Notes: a model not told the origin generated them from the sequence alone. A stretch of DNA of 64,000 nucleotides from Candidatus Hodarchaeota archaeon (GCA_048887225.1 JBHLJY010000001.1:96001-160000), one strand, 5' to 3'. Shown: positions 18,902-30,019, numbered from the stretch's first letter. Numbers and translations are program-made.

Positions 18902-21553
18902 ATGAAAAAAAACAGTCGGAATATTGCATTAATAATAATTTTAATTTTGGGACTTCAAATCTTCTCAATTCTTATATCTAATTTCTATAATAATGATTAT
19001 TATAGAGCCTTTAAAGAAACTGAATATATTTCCGATAAAATACCAAAAATACAAAATGGTTATCCCAAAACTCTTTTAATAGATGATATGGAAAACATAG
19101 ATGATTGGGTAAATCTTAGCTGCGAAAAATCTCTCTCAACTGACTGTACGCAAGGATCTTATTCGTTGAATATGACGGTTAATTCAACTAATGGACAACA
19201 ATCAGTTGTAAAGGATGTTAATTCTACATCATTAGGATTTAATTTTTCGCTTTATGATACTCTCGAATTTGACCTAAAAATCACAGGATCAAATTTCACA
19301 GCATTTTCAGTCGCATTAAACCAGAGGCCTCAGTTTGAATTTGTGATATGGTATCGTAGTTATCGAGATTCTCAATGGCACCATGTAGTCATCAATTTAA
19401 AAAAACCAGCAAAAGTTAATATGGCATACTTCGACTTACACGTTCTAGTACTCTCTTTATGGGGTCATGAAGATTATGAGGAAGAAATTTTTTCCATTTT
19501 AATAGATAATATGTATTTATCGTCATCGGGGATTAGATTAACACCTGATTTAGATTATAAGGATATTTCACCAGGGAATTCTGTGAACTTTGTAGTCGAA
19601 TTAGAACATATACATGGTACGGCATCTGAAGATTTTTCAATTACTCTTAATAAAAATAATCTAATTGAATTTGACGCTAATCTCAATTGTTCTATTCTTT
19701 CAATCTTACCAAACAAGAGTAAAAGTTTTACTGTAAATTTCACGGCTCCCATTCCTGCTAGTGTAGACGTATGTGAATCTGTAAATGTGTTTGTCCAATC
19801 TCAATCCCAACCAGGAAAGAATTATTCAATTACTTTAACATGTGGCGTCCAAACGAATAGAGATCGCATATACTTTATGTCTGATTATTATAATGGAAGT
19901 TATGAGTTATTCTCAATGAATCCCGATGGAACTAATGTAACGAGATTAACGTATAATAAAGATGACGAACATACAGTAGTGTGTTTATCACCTGATGGAA
20001 CATTAATAGCATTTACTCGCTCCAATGAATCTAATAATGCTAATTATAGAGAAATTTGGGTATTGAATCTTACCGATATGACAGAATGGCAAGTTACGCT
20101 TAATAATTGTTCTGATTCCCATCCTGATTTCTCCCCTGATGGAAAAGAATTATGCTTTTTTTCTAATAATCGATTTCCAGGAGATAACGCTTCAGTTTAT
20201 ATAATAAGTATTAACGGATCTAATGAACGACAATTAACTCCAGAGAATTATCTTTGTGCCGATCCATCTTGGTCAAGAAAAGGAGATAAAATTGCTTTCA
20301 ATGCATTGCCACCCGGCGGAACTAATACATGGGATTTTGAAATTTTTACTATAAATGCGACAGATGGAACTAATTTAACACAAATAACTAACGATAATTT
20401 CTGTGAGACCGATCCCTATTGGTCTAAGGACGATGAATGTATCTTATACGATCGTTATGTTGGTCCTGGCGATTGGAACGATTTAAATAATGTTTTCGCA
20501 GATTGGGAACCTTGGGAAATACTTGAGTTCAATAGAACCTCCACTTTGGAAGAAAAATTACTTGAAACCATCGGTGATAATGAGGCTAAATATGCAATCA
20601 TCCCTACTTATTCTCCCGATAATAAAAAGTATATGTATTCTCGATATATTGACGAATATGGAATTTTCCGTTGTTTTATTGACGATCGCAAAGGAAATAC
20701 AGTTGAATTAGACTTACCATATAATGTTTTATGGGCAGATTGGGGTCCTCGTAGGGATTATGTCCCTCGCCCAGACTTAGCCGTTGTAAATATTTCTTCT
20801 AATCCAGCGTATAATCCAACAAATCCGGCATGTAATGAAATAACAGCAACAATTAGAAATGTTGGAGATACTCATTTGACTTCTGCAAAAGTAATATTTA
20901 CAGATGGACATCCAAAATTTGGTGGTACCTCAATTGGAAGTGTAAAAACAATATCTAATTTGGCACCGGGTCAATCTATAGAAGTATCATCCGATTTATG
21001 GTTAAACCCAATGCTTGGAGAACATTTTGTATATGCAACTATTTTAAATTCAACTCCTCAAGAAAATAATATTTTAAACAACCGTAACTTCACAAAATTT
21101 TACTTTAAACCACCAATGAGTTTTATATTAAGCTCTAATGCAGGAGAACCACATAAAAATGGAGCTTTTATGTTAAATTGGTCAATTTCCATTGGTGCTG
21201 ATAATTATTCGGTTTATATTTACAACCGCAATATAACTATCTTAAACGATAGTATTACATTAGTACAAGAAGGAATTACTAAAATCAACTATTCAACTTT
21301 AAGATCTAACGGAAATTATTATTTTGTTGTTGTTGCGGTTAATAAAACTGGTCGCACACTATCTAATTGCATTTTAGTTTCAATTCAAATTCCATCTATC
21401 GGTGAAGGTGATGATGATGACGATGATGAAAAAGTTATTGATATGGGGGTTATTATCGTAGTCATACTTCTTGCTAGCATCGGCGGTGGTGTTGCTGTTG
21501 TTGTATTAATTAAAAAGGGAATATTTAATATCTCTAAACTGAAAAGAAAATAA
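18902..21553 (+). CDS. Membrane-anchored cell-surface glycoprotein with TolB/PD40 beta-propeller and CARDB-like domain
   Basis: N-terminal signal/TM; SPDG/FSPDG/WSRKG/YSPD repeats; PDLAVVNI...ATIRNVG; many N-x-S/T sequons; GDDDDDDE linker, C-terminal TM and basic tail. Confidence 0.8.
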   Translation: MKKNSRNIALIIILILGLQIFSILISNFYNNDYYRAFKETEYISDKIPKIQNGYPKTLLIDDMENIDDWVNLSCEKSLSTDCTQGSYSLNMTVNSTNGQQSVVKDVNSTSLGFNFSLYDTLEFDLKITGSNFTAFSVALNQRPQFEFVIWYRSYRDSQWHHVVINLKKPAKVNMAYFDLHVLVLSLWGHEDYEEEIFSILIDNMYLSSSGIRLTPDLDYKDISPGNSVNFVVELEHIHGTASEDFSITLNKNNLIEFDANLNCSILSILPNKSKSFTVNFTAPIPASVDVCESVNVFVQSQSQPGKNYSITLTCGVQTNRDRIYFMSDYYNGSYELFSMNPDGTNVTRLTYNKDDEHTVVCLSPDGTLIAFTRSNESNNANYREIWVLNLTDMTEWQVTLNNCSDSHPDFSPDGKELCFFSNNRFPGDNASVYIISINGSNERQLTPENYLCADPSWSRKGDKIAFNALPPGGTNTWDFEIFTINATDGTNLTQITNDNFCETDPYWSKDDECILYDRYVGPGDWNDLNNVFADWEPWEILEFNRTSTLEEKLLETIGDNEAKYAIIPTYSPDNKKYMYSRYIDEYGIFRCFIDDRKGNTVELDLPYNVLWADWGPRRDYVPRPDLAVVNISSNPAYNPTNPACNEITATIRNVGDTHLTSAKVIFTDGHPKFGGTSIGSVKTISNLAPGQSIEVSSDLWLNPMLGEHFVYATILNSTPQENNILNNRNFTKFYFKPPMSFILSSNAGEPHKNGAFMLNWSISIGADNYSVYIYNRNITILNDSITLVQEGITKINYSTLRSNGNYYFVVVAVNKTGRTLSNCILVSIQIPSIGEGDDDDDDEKVIDMGVIIVVILLASIGGGVAVVVLIKKGIFNISKLKRK

Positions 21554-21782
21554 GGATAAATATAAATTTTTTATTTTTTCTTTTTTTTTAATTTTGTCTT
21601 AGATTGAATCATATATCCGTTCTAAGATATAAGATTTATCATTTTAATCATTCATAATCTTCAATATTGGATAATAATTAAATAAATAATTCATAGATGT
21701 AAATCTTATATATAGCATATGATTCTACTAGATTATATTATCATATCGTTTTTAATTATTAAAACAACTTGTACTTTAACTT

Positions 21783-22667
21783 ATGAAACGCAGATATAAA
21801 ATTATTATTGAACTTCTGCTAATTATAATTCTTGCTTATGTTGGATATTGGTTCTACTTTTATTCTGGTTTAAATCAAATCTTAATTAATTTAATTTTAT
21901 TAAATATTTTAATTTATATCGTACGCACTTTTCTTATTAATTTTGTAAACGCAATAATAAAAAATCGCATATTTAAATTCACATTTTCTCTTATTGTTAA
22001 TCTTATTTGGATTATATTTCTATTTACACTATTATTTTTCATCTCACCTACATTCACAATTTCAATTATTTCTTTCTTAATCATAGCAATCTCTTTAACA
22101 TTTCAAGATGTTATCAACAATATTGCTTCAGGCCTTATGATAATCTCGAAAGAGGATGTTGAAATTGGTGATTTAGTGGAAATTAATGGTATACAAGGAA
22201 TAATAAAGGAAATAAATCTAAATTATACAGTTATAGAAGATTTTGATGGAACTTTAACATATATTCCTAATAGAATAGTTTACAATGCGTCAGTGGTTAA
22301 ATTTACGCATAGAAGATTAAAAATAGGTAAATCAGCAGATGAAAGAAGAAAGTTAATGAGATACGTTAAGGATTTTAGCAAATTTCTTTCACGTGGAAAA
22401 AAATTAACAAACTATACTAAAATTGTTGAAATTACATCGGCTGTAAATCCTGATGAATTAGAAGCTCTATTATCCTCCGTTTTCGATAAATATCAGCCAA
22501 TCTTTGGAATAAGACCCGATTATGTAATAGAAAAAACAGCTTTGGATAGATGTGTGATAACATTACTAGTCATGTCAAAAGAGCCAATTTTGGTTATTAA
22601 ATACTTAGATAATTTCTTAAAAGATATCGTTTATAAATTATATTCTAATAAAATCGCTGGGGGATAA
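21783..22667 (+). CDS. MscS small-conductance mechanosensitive channel
   Basis: TM helices, FQDVINNIASG, VEIGDLVEI..GIIKEI, IPN. Confidence 0.85.
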   Translation: MKRRYKIIIELLLIIILAYVGYWFYFYSGLNQILINLILLNILIYIVRTFLINFVNAIIKNRIFKFTFSLIVNLIWIIFLFTLLFFISPTFTISIISFLIIAISLTFQDVINNIASGLMIISKEDVEIGDLVEINGIQGIIKEINLNYTVIEDFDGTLTYIPNRIVYNASVVKFTHRRLKIGKSADERRKLMRYVKDFSKFLSRGKKLTNYTKIVEITSAVNPDELEALLSSVFDKYQPIFGIRPDYVIEKTALDRCVITLLVMSKEPILVIKYLDNFLKDIVYKLYSNKIAGG

Positions 22668-22718
22668 CATAATTTAAAATTAGGTGATAAATTGAAAAAA
22701 AAAGAGGTTCCGTATTAA

Positions 22719-23591
22719 ATGGCACTTTTTAATTCTGATATAGAAGCAATTATATATATCATAATCATTGGCATAACTTTATTCATCATAAGTAAAACCG
22801 CAACATATCTCATGAGACATGTTAAAAAAATATCTATAAAGACAGAGAATAAAATCTCATTCATATTGAGTCTTATTTTTTTTGTAATCATAGTTTATTT
22901 AGTTATTGAAGGATTTCCTTCATTTGAGCAAATTGATCCGACATACGCAGCAATTCTTACCGGTGCCATTAGCACGGCTTTAGCATTTGCCTCTAGTGGA
23001 GTTTTCAAAAATTTGGTGGCAGGAATTGTTTTAATGTTTGTGGGGCCATTTGATATTGGAGATATTGTAAAAGTTGAAGATAATAAAGGAATCATACGGC
23101 ATATTACTCTCTCTAAAACAATATTAGAAACGTTTGATGGAAAATTTATTGAAATCTCAAATACAGAAGTTTTCTCATCTTCTATTGTAAATTATACAAA
23201 AAAGTTATATAAAGTTCGTAATTTTGAACAATTCTTGAAAAAAATTCAAACCCCTCAGGTTAAAGCAATGGCGGAATTAAAGGAATTGGACGAGACGTAT
23301 TTAAGAAAATTATTTGAAGATTGTAAAAAAATTCGTAATCCGATAATTCATAAATATACATTTAGAATGGAATATCCTATAGAACGATTTCGTAAGAAAA
23401 TGGAGGAAACTCATGAATTATGTCTAAAATATAGAGAAAATTTTGGAGCACGTCCATGGTACGATATTGTAAATTTTGGAGCTGAAATTCACGTTAAATT
23501 TACAATATTAACATTAGATTCCAATACAATTCTTGAAGATCAACCGAAATTTGCCCATGATCTCTATAAAATTATACTTCAACATAATTAA
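22719..23591 (+). CDS. MscS small-conductance mechanosensitive channel (second copy)
   Basis: TM helices, NLVAG, PFDIGDIVKV, TFDGKFIEISN. Confidence 0.85.
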   Translation: MALFNSDIEAIIYIIIIGITLFIISKTATYLMRHVKKISIKTENKISFILSLIFFVIIVYLVIEGFPSFEQIDPTYAAILTGAISTALAFASSGVFKNLVAGIVLMFVGPFDIGDIVKVEDNKGIIRHITLSKTILETFDGKFIEISNTEVFSSSIVNYTKKLYKVRNFEQFLKKIQTPQVKAMAELKELDETYLRKLFEDCKKIRNPIIHKYTFRMEYPIERFRKKMEETHELCLKYRENFGARPWYDIVNFGAEIHVKFTILTLDSNTILEDQPKFAHDLYKIILQHN

Positions 23592-23759
23592 TATCCATTT
23601 CATTAATCATACTAATAACTACTTTATATTTCTCGAAATGCATAGCTTAATGAATTTCTTTGAGATCTACAGATTAATATTTTATTAAGATCAGATGTTT
23701 ATATTAATCGGCATTTATCCGTTTACAAACTAAGGAAATAATCTCTAAGGGTGAATAAA

Positions 23760-24156
23760 ATGATAAATATATGGGCAATTTTAGTTTTTATTGCGATATA
23801 TTTTATATTGGGTGCTCTTTGATACTCGCCACTTCTTTTTGGTAAAATATGGGCTAAAGCGATGAACTATAATATTGATGAGTTAGAAATGAAACTAATT
23901 AATTTTATAGGGGGCTGCGATTGCTGCTTTCGTTGCTAGGTTTTTCCTTGCTCTTCTCTTAGAAATAATTGGGACTTATAATATTTTTATAGGGATTCTT
24001 GTAGCATTAGTCGTAGGAATAGGTTTCGTTTTAACAATAGGATTTTATGACGTATCATATGAAAATAAAAATATTAAAGTATATTTAATTGATGCGGGAT
24101 ACCATATAGTAGCTCTGATAATTGCGGGATTAATTCTCGGATTTTGGCAAATTTGA
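23760..24156 (+). pseudogene. DUF1761-like membrane protein, disrupted
   Basis: MINIWAILV...LGAL*YSPLLFGKIW has TGA (23820-23822) at the conserved Trp; extra G in the G5 run at 23910-23914; downstream frame gives ...YENKNIKVYLIDAGYHIV...ILGFWQI*; RBS GGTGA intact. Confidence 0.8.
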
Positions 24157-24291
24157 ACTCATATCTATTGTACGAATTGTTTTTAATAGTACTAAAGCTC
24201 ATAGTTTTCAAGTTCATATAGCCATTAAAAATATAACTTATATCTCAATTTAATTAAAAATAACATAACATTTCCCTAAATTATTTTAGGC

Positions 24292-26079
24292 TTATGCTGG
24301 AATTAAAACAATAAAATTAGAACCTTTCTTATAATCATCTTTTATTCTATTGTCTATCCAGATTTTTCCATTATAACTGTCTATTAGTTGTTTTACAAGT
24401 GATAATCCAATTCCCATACCTCTGGTCGAGTTTTCATCGTTGCTTCTCCGCTGAAAAATTGCTACTTTTCTTTCATCATGTATTCCTACACCATTATCAA
24501 TAAATTCAATTTTACAATATTTTTTATTCTCTAATTGCATCTCAGAAATTCTTATTTGAATTTCTATTACTAGATTAATATTATGTCTTACTGAATTCAT
24601 TAAGATATTTTCGAAAAGATCTAAAATAAGCTCGTTCGCTATTGCATAATGATCTTCTTCAATTGCCTCTACATTTATATGGAGGTTTCGATTTTGATAA
24701 ATTTCGTCAATAAATACAATTGCATCCATTAAATTTTTATTAATGTTAACTAACTCTAATGGCATTTCAGTTTCTTCGAGTTTAGACAATTTAATAACAT
24801 TCGAAACAAGTTTTGAACCTCTGAAAACATTTTCTGTTATAGAACTTAAAAAATCCTTTTTGTCTTCGAACATTTCTGGCCTTTTTTTAGATAATTTATA
24901 CAATTCTACGGAAGATTTTATTGATTGAAGTATGTTATTCATGTCATGAGCAATTAGTTCTTTATAAAAATTCGCACGGTTATATGCCTCTCGGTATCTT
25001 TTTTCTGATTCCTTAAATTTTTGTTCCGCTTTTTTTCGCTCAGTAATATCCCTTCCAATCGCTACAATTAGAAGATTACCATCAAAACTCCTAAAAGTTT
25101 TTCCAGTATATTCAAATGGAATAGTGCGACCTTCTTTTGTAATAAGAGACATTTCAACAGTTGTTTCTCCCGTGCTTAATGCCTTTTGTGTTGCTTCTGC
25201 TGCTTTCTTTAAATCTTCCTCGCTATAATAAGAATCAGGAGCTTTCAGTGAAGCTATCTCATCATCAGTATAGCCAGCAACTTTGCGAAAAGCCTCATTC
25301 CACCTAATTGCTTTGCCAGTTTCGGGTTCAAAAACAAAAATTGTATCGATTGATGTATTTAAAATATTATCAGTAAATTCTTTTACGTTTTTTAAAGCTT
25401 CCTCTGAGATTATTCGTTCTGTGATGTCAATTCCATAAATATTTATATATTTTTCTTCTTGAATTGGTGTAATATTAAATGTATAAATTCGATCATTTAG
25501 TCCTATTTCTATAATTTTAGTAGAGTTTTTTGAAATTACACTATTAACGCCTTCCATTAATAGATATGGAATTTTTTTACCTTCGGTTATATTAAATAAT
25601 TTTTTACCAGCTTCATTGATATACAAGATTTTTTCACTATCAACTCTTAAGACGGGGTTTGGATTTTCAGAAGGAAACCTTGCAAGATCGGCAATTTTTT
25701 TTTCAGATTTTTTGCGCCCTGAGATATCTATAACCATTGAACGTGATTCAAGTACATTTCCATTATTATCTATGATTGGATTTACTGATAAACTAATCCA
25801 GATAATATCCCCATTTCTATGTTTAAATTGTAATTCTTCGTCTTTTATTTGCTTACTTTCTAAGAATCTTTTAAAAAGCCTCTTCGCTTTCTGTAAACCA
25901 TTCTCTGTGTTAGCATATAAATCAAAAACTTTCATATTTAAGAGTTCTTCTTTACTATAACCTAAAAGTCTTTCTGCTGCTTTATTACACCTTATAATTG
26001 ATTTATCAGGGCTTATAGAGAAATAGGCATTTGGAGCTTCTTCATATAGATCTTGATATTTATTCTTCGATTCTTTCAA
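24292..26079 (-). CDS. PAS-domain sensor histidine kinase (3 PAS)
   Basis: PAS/PAC units ending DISGRK and DITER; H-box AHDMNNIL, N-box NSVRH, DNGVGI, GMGIGL. Confidence 0.92.
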   Translation of the reverse strand: MKESKNKYQDLYEEAPNAYFSISPDKSIIRCNKAAERLLGYSKEELLNMKVFDLYANTENGLQKAKRLFKRFLESKQIKDEELQFKHRNGDIIWISLSVNPIIDNNGNVLESRSMVIDISGRKKSEKKIADLARFPSENPNPVLRVDSEKILYINEAGKKLFNITEGKKIPYLLMEGVNSVISKNSTKIIEIGLNDRIYTFNITPIQEEKYINIYGIDITERIISEEALKNVKEFTDNILNTSIDTIFVFEPETGKAIRWNEAFRKVAGYTDDEIASLKAPDSYYSEEDLKKAAEATQKALSTGETTVEMSLITKEGRTIPFEYTGKTFRSFDGNLLIVAIGRDITERKKAEQKFKESEKRYREAYNRANFYKELIAHDMNNILQSIKSSVELYKLSKKRPEMFEDKKDFLSSITENVFRGSKLVSNVIKLSKLEETEMPLELVNINKNLMDAIVFIDEIYQNRNLHINVEAIEEDHYAIANELILDLFENILMNSVRHNINLVIEIQIRISEMQLENKKYCKIEFIDNGVGIHDERKVAIFQRRSNDENSTRGMGIGLSLVKQLIDSYNGKIWIDNRIKDDYKKGSNFIVLIPA

Positions 26080-26486
26080 TTTTAGTTCTACCTTTTTGTG
26101 TATATCTTACTATTAAATAAAAAATTGACTTCAAGTTTTTAAGAATTGTTTTTATATTCCATAAAAACTCAATCCAAACTTAAGATTTAGAATTATTTTA
26201 AATAAAAATTATAGATATATCTTTACTTAGTTGTAAAAGAGTCTTTATATTTGATAAGTCCTCTTTTATTAATATTAATTTTATATATAGTGTTAGGATT
26301 GAGGATAAAAACATAACCTATATCTCGATAAATTTATAAATTAATTTAGCCATTTTTTATTTGTTTCTATTATACTTCATGGTATAATTATATAAGATAA
26401 ATAATAAAATCAGAAAATATTTGATTCTCATTTATTAATGAGACAGTTTTTATTTCTTATAATTTTAAAAAATAAAATGATTTAAC

Positions 26487-29400
26487 TTGAATGCTATAGA
26501 AAACCAGCTTAAGGAATTAAATAAAAAATTAATTGAATCAGAAGAGAAGTTTAGAGCTATTGCCGAACAATCAAATTTGGGTATTTGTATTCAGCAAGAT
26601 GACAGGATTAAATATATAAATCAACGATTGGCAGATTTAGTAGGATATACAATTGAAGAATTAAAAAGTTGGCAACCAAGAGAGTATGCAAAAGTAATTC
26701 ATCCAGATGATAGGGAATATGCAATAGAACAAGGAAGAAAAAAACAGTTAGGGAGCAATAATGTTGATACTAATTATCAATTTCGTTTAATTAAAAGCAC
26801 TGGTGAAATTATATGGGTTGATAATTATTCAAATGCAATTATTTACAAAGATAGCCTAGCTAATTTAGCTACTATTATTGATATTACAGAAAAAAAAAAG
26901 GCAGAGATAGAGTTGAAAGAATCCGAAGAAAAATTTAGATTAATTTCAGAAAAAGCAGATGACTTAATTTCAATTTTAGATAAAAAAATGAAATTTGAAT
27001 ATGTTAATGAACCAGTTCATTATCGATTGATGGGATATTCAAGAGAAGATCTAATTGGAAAAACTGGGTTAGAACTTATACATCCAGAAGATCGTGCAAA
27101 AGTTTTACAAGAATTTAATAAAGCTTTTAAAACCGGTGAAGCAATCGCAGAGGCAAGAATTAGAAATAAAGATGGGCAATATATCTGGACAGAAACTAAA
27201 GGTAAATCTTTTATCGATAAAAATAATGAACCAAAAGCTCTATTAATCACAAGAATTATTACAGAGCGTAAAAATGATGAAAAAAAATTAAAAGAATCCG
27301 AAGAAAAATTTAAAGCTCTTTTTAAAGGAGGACCAGTTCCTACATATGCATGGCAAAAAGTAAGAAACGATTTTAAATTAATTGATTATAACAATGCCGC
27401 CGAAGAGTTTACCTATAGAAATGTGAGAAATTATTTAGGATTAAAAGCTTCTGAGATGTATAAAGATCGACCAGATATCTTAAAAGATTTACATAGTTGC
27501 TTTGACACAAAATTCAATATTACTCGTGAGATGAAATATTACATCAACATTTTAAAAGAAGAAAAAGATCTTATAGTGAAATATAGTTTTATTCCTCCAG
27601 ATCTGGTCTTAGTTCATACAGAAGATATAACTCGTAGAAAAATAGCCGAAGAAAATTTGAAAGAATCAGAAGAAAAATATCGATTAATTATTGAAAATGC
27701 TCATGAAGGAATCTGGGCTATTGATAAAGACGCCAATATTACTTTTGTTAATCCAAGAATGGCAGAAATATTGGGTTATACTACTGATGAAATGCTTGGA
27801 AAGCATTTATTTGATTTTATGGATGAAAATCTTATAGAAATTGCTAAACAATATCTTGAACGCAGAAAAAGAGGTATAAAAGAACAACACGATTTTGAGT
27901 TTCTTCGAAAAAATGGAACAAAAATTACAACAAGCTTGAATACCTCGCCTATTATAGATAAAAACGGGAATTATGTTGGAGCTGTTGCGTTCATAACTGA
28001 TATAACTGTTCGCAGGAAAGCAGAATATGAATTAAAGGAATCCGAGGAAAAATATCGACATTTATTTGAAAACTCACCATTCATTATAGTAATACTGGAT
28101 TTAGAGGCTAATATTATAGATCTAAACTCAGCCGTCAATAATTTTCTCACTTCGCGTACGAAAAATGATTTAATCGGAAAAAATATAAGAGAAATCTTTT
28201 CTATACGTGAAGAGGAAAAACCAATAATCCCAATAATACTAGATCAAATAAAAAGAACGGTTAATGGAGAAACTACAGAACCATTTGAATTTCCTTTAAT
28301 AAGGTCAGATGAAAGTATTCAATGGATACGTTTCCAAAGTTCTTTAATAAATTTAGAAGATCAAAACTTAATACAATTTATAGGACAAGATATTACCAAG
28401 CGGAAGAAAGATAGAGATGAATTACGTTTACATAGTCAAATCATGAAAAATATGGCTGAGGGCGTGTGTCTTATTCGAGCCGACAATGAAACATTTGTCT
28501 ATATAAATCCCAGATTTAAGAAGCTATTTGGTTATGAACCTGATGAGTTGATAGGTAAGCATGTTTCAATTATAAATGCTCCAACTGCCATAAGTCCTAT
28601 GGAAACAGCAAAAAAAATAACAGATATCGTGGAAAGAACAGGAGAGTGGCATGGGGAAGTTAAAAATATCAAGAAAGATGGTACAACATTATTTTGTCAT
28701 GCTAATATCTCAACCTTTAAACATCCTGAGTATGGTAAAGTTTATGTCAACGTCATTATTGATATGACCGAAAGCAAGAAATCAGAACAAAAATTAGAAG
28801 AATCAGAAAAAAAATATCGCTATATTTTCGAGAACTCACGCAATGCTATACTTTTAATTAATCCTGATGGAATAATTATTGATTGTAATCCAAGTACAGA
28901 AAGAATAACTGGATACAAGAAAACAGAACTAATAAACAGGAATTTTAAAGATCTCTCAGTAATTCGTAAAAAATACTTAAATTTGAGTGTTAAACTTTTT
29001 AGAAAACTTTTCGATGGAGAGATTGTACATCGTGTAGATGTAGAATTTATAAAAAAAGGTGGTAGTTTGATCTGGGTGAGTATACACGCATCTATAGTTA
29101 ATATCAGCGAAGAGAAATTTATGATTGTGCTAATTTATGATATCACAGAGCGTAAAAGAGCCGAATTTCTTGTTGAAGAAGAATTAAAAAAATTGAAAGA
29201 ATTAGAGCAAATTCGAAAAAATCTAATTCTTAGAGTATCACACGAGCTTAAAACACCATTGATACCTGTATGTAGTGGAACTGAATTTCTTTTGTATAAA
29301 TATGAAAAACAATTAGAAGAAGAAGTAAGCGATATACTTAAAATGATAGAAAAAGGAGGCAAACGGTTGAAAATGCTGGTGAATAAATTACTTGATGTAT

Positions 29401-29909
29401 CTCGATTAGAATATGATATGCTTTTATTAGAAAAACAAACAAAGGATTTATGTGAAATAATAAAAGAATGTTGTAATGACATGATGCATTTAATTAAAGA
29501 CAGGGGTCTTACACTTAATCTAGATATTCCTAACAATTTTTATCTCGATATAGACGCTATGAGAGTTGAACAAGTAATTATAAATCTATTGTCAAACGCT
29601 ATAAAAAATACTCCACCTAAAGGAAAAATTTCTATTGGTTTGCGAGAAGAGAATAATTGGGCTACATTAGCTGTAACTGATACGGGAGTTGGTTTTACTA
29701 AGGAAGAAATGAGTAAAGTTTTCACTAGATTCGGTAAAATAGAAAGACTTGATAAAGGACTTGAATATATGGATATCCAAGGTTCAGGATTAGGACTATA
29801 TCTCTCTAAAGAAATTGTTGATTTACATGGAGGTAAAATCTGGGCAGCGTCTGAAGGTCGAAATAAGGGTTCTACATTTTACTTTTCTCTGCCTATCATT
29901 AAAAAATAG
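26487..29909 (+). CDS. Multi-PAS sensor histidine kinase (7 PAS)
   Basis: Seven PAS/PAC units, most opening with ESEEK(F/Y) and closing with DIT-like motifs; H-box SHELKTPL, NLLSNAIK, DTGVG, GSGLGL. Confidence 0.95.
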   Translation: MNAIENQLKELNKKLIESEEKFRAIAEQSNLGICIQQDDRIKYINQRLADLVGYTIEELKSWQPREYAKVIHPDDREYAIEQGRKKQLGSNNVDTNYQFRLIKSTGEIIWVDNYSNAIIYKDSLANLATIIDITEKKKAEIELKESEEKFRLISEKADDLISILDKKMKFEYVNEPVHYRLMGYSREDLIGKTGLELIHPEDRAKVLQEFNKAFKTGEAIAEARIRNKDGQYIWTETKGKSFIDKNNEPKALLITRIITERKNDEKKLKESEEKFKALFKGGPVPTYAWQKVRNDFKLIDYNNAAEEFTYRNVRNYLGLKASEMYKDRPDILKDLHSCFDTKFNITREMKYYINILKEEKDLIVKYSFIPPDLVLVHTEDITRRKIAEENLKESEEKYRLIIENAHEGIWAIDKDANITFVNPRMAEILGYTTDEMLGKHLFDFMDENLIEIAKQYLERRKRGIKEQHDFEFLRKNGTKITTSLNTSPIIDKNGNYVGAVAFITDITVRRKAEYELKESEEKYRHLFENSPFIIVILDLEANIIDLNSAVNNFLTSRTKNDLIGKNIREIFSIREEEKPIIPIILDQIKRTVNGETTEPFEFPLIRSDESIQWIRFQSSLINLEDQNLIQFIGQDITKRKKDRDELRLHSQIMKNMAEGVCLIRADNETFVYINPRFKKLFGYEPDELIGKHVSIINAPTAISPMETAKKITDIVERTGEWHGEVKNIKKDGTTLFCHANISTFKHPEYGKVYVNVIIDMTESKKSEQKLEESEKKYRYIFENSRNAILLINPDGIIIDCNPSTERITGYKKTELINRNFKDLSVIRKKYLNLSVKLFRKLFDGEIVHRVDVEFIKKGGSLIWVSIHASIVNISEEKFMIVLIYDITERKRAEFLVEEELKKLKELEQIRKNLILRVSHELKTPLIPVCSGTEFLLYKYEKQLEEEVSDILKMIEKGGKRLKMLVNKLLDVSRLEYDMLLLEKQTKDLCEIIKECCNDMMHLIKDRGLTLNLDIPNNFYLDIDAMRVEQVIINLLSNAIKNTPPKGKISIGLREENNWATLAVTDTGVGFTKEEMSKVFTRFGKIERLDKGLEYMDIQGSGLGLYLSKEIVDLHGGKIWAASEGRNKGSTFYFSLPIIKK

Positions 29910-30019
29910 TTTTAATCTCTTTTTAGATCCTCTTAGTTTAATTTAAATATTTTTTAATTATTTCGAAGTTTATTTGCTCATAATCCAAAAAGAATTTCTA
30001 TGATTAATACTCCAATATT

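Noticed and set aside
21410-21430. GAT trinucleotide repeat
   Set aside because: Encodes the poly-Asp linker before the TM anchor; ordinary low-complexity coding sequence.
23820-23822. In-frame TGA as possible selenocysteine or Trp recoding
   Set aside because: The position corresponds to Trp, not Cys; a frameshift also disrupts the gene; TGA is used as a normal stop elsewhere in the window (e.g. 2224, 35525).
26487-29200. Recurring GAATC(A/C)GAAGAAAAAT repeats as a possible CRISPR or DNA repeat array
   Set aside because: They encode the ESEEK linkers between PAS domains, with ~370-bp coding spacing.
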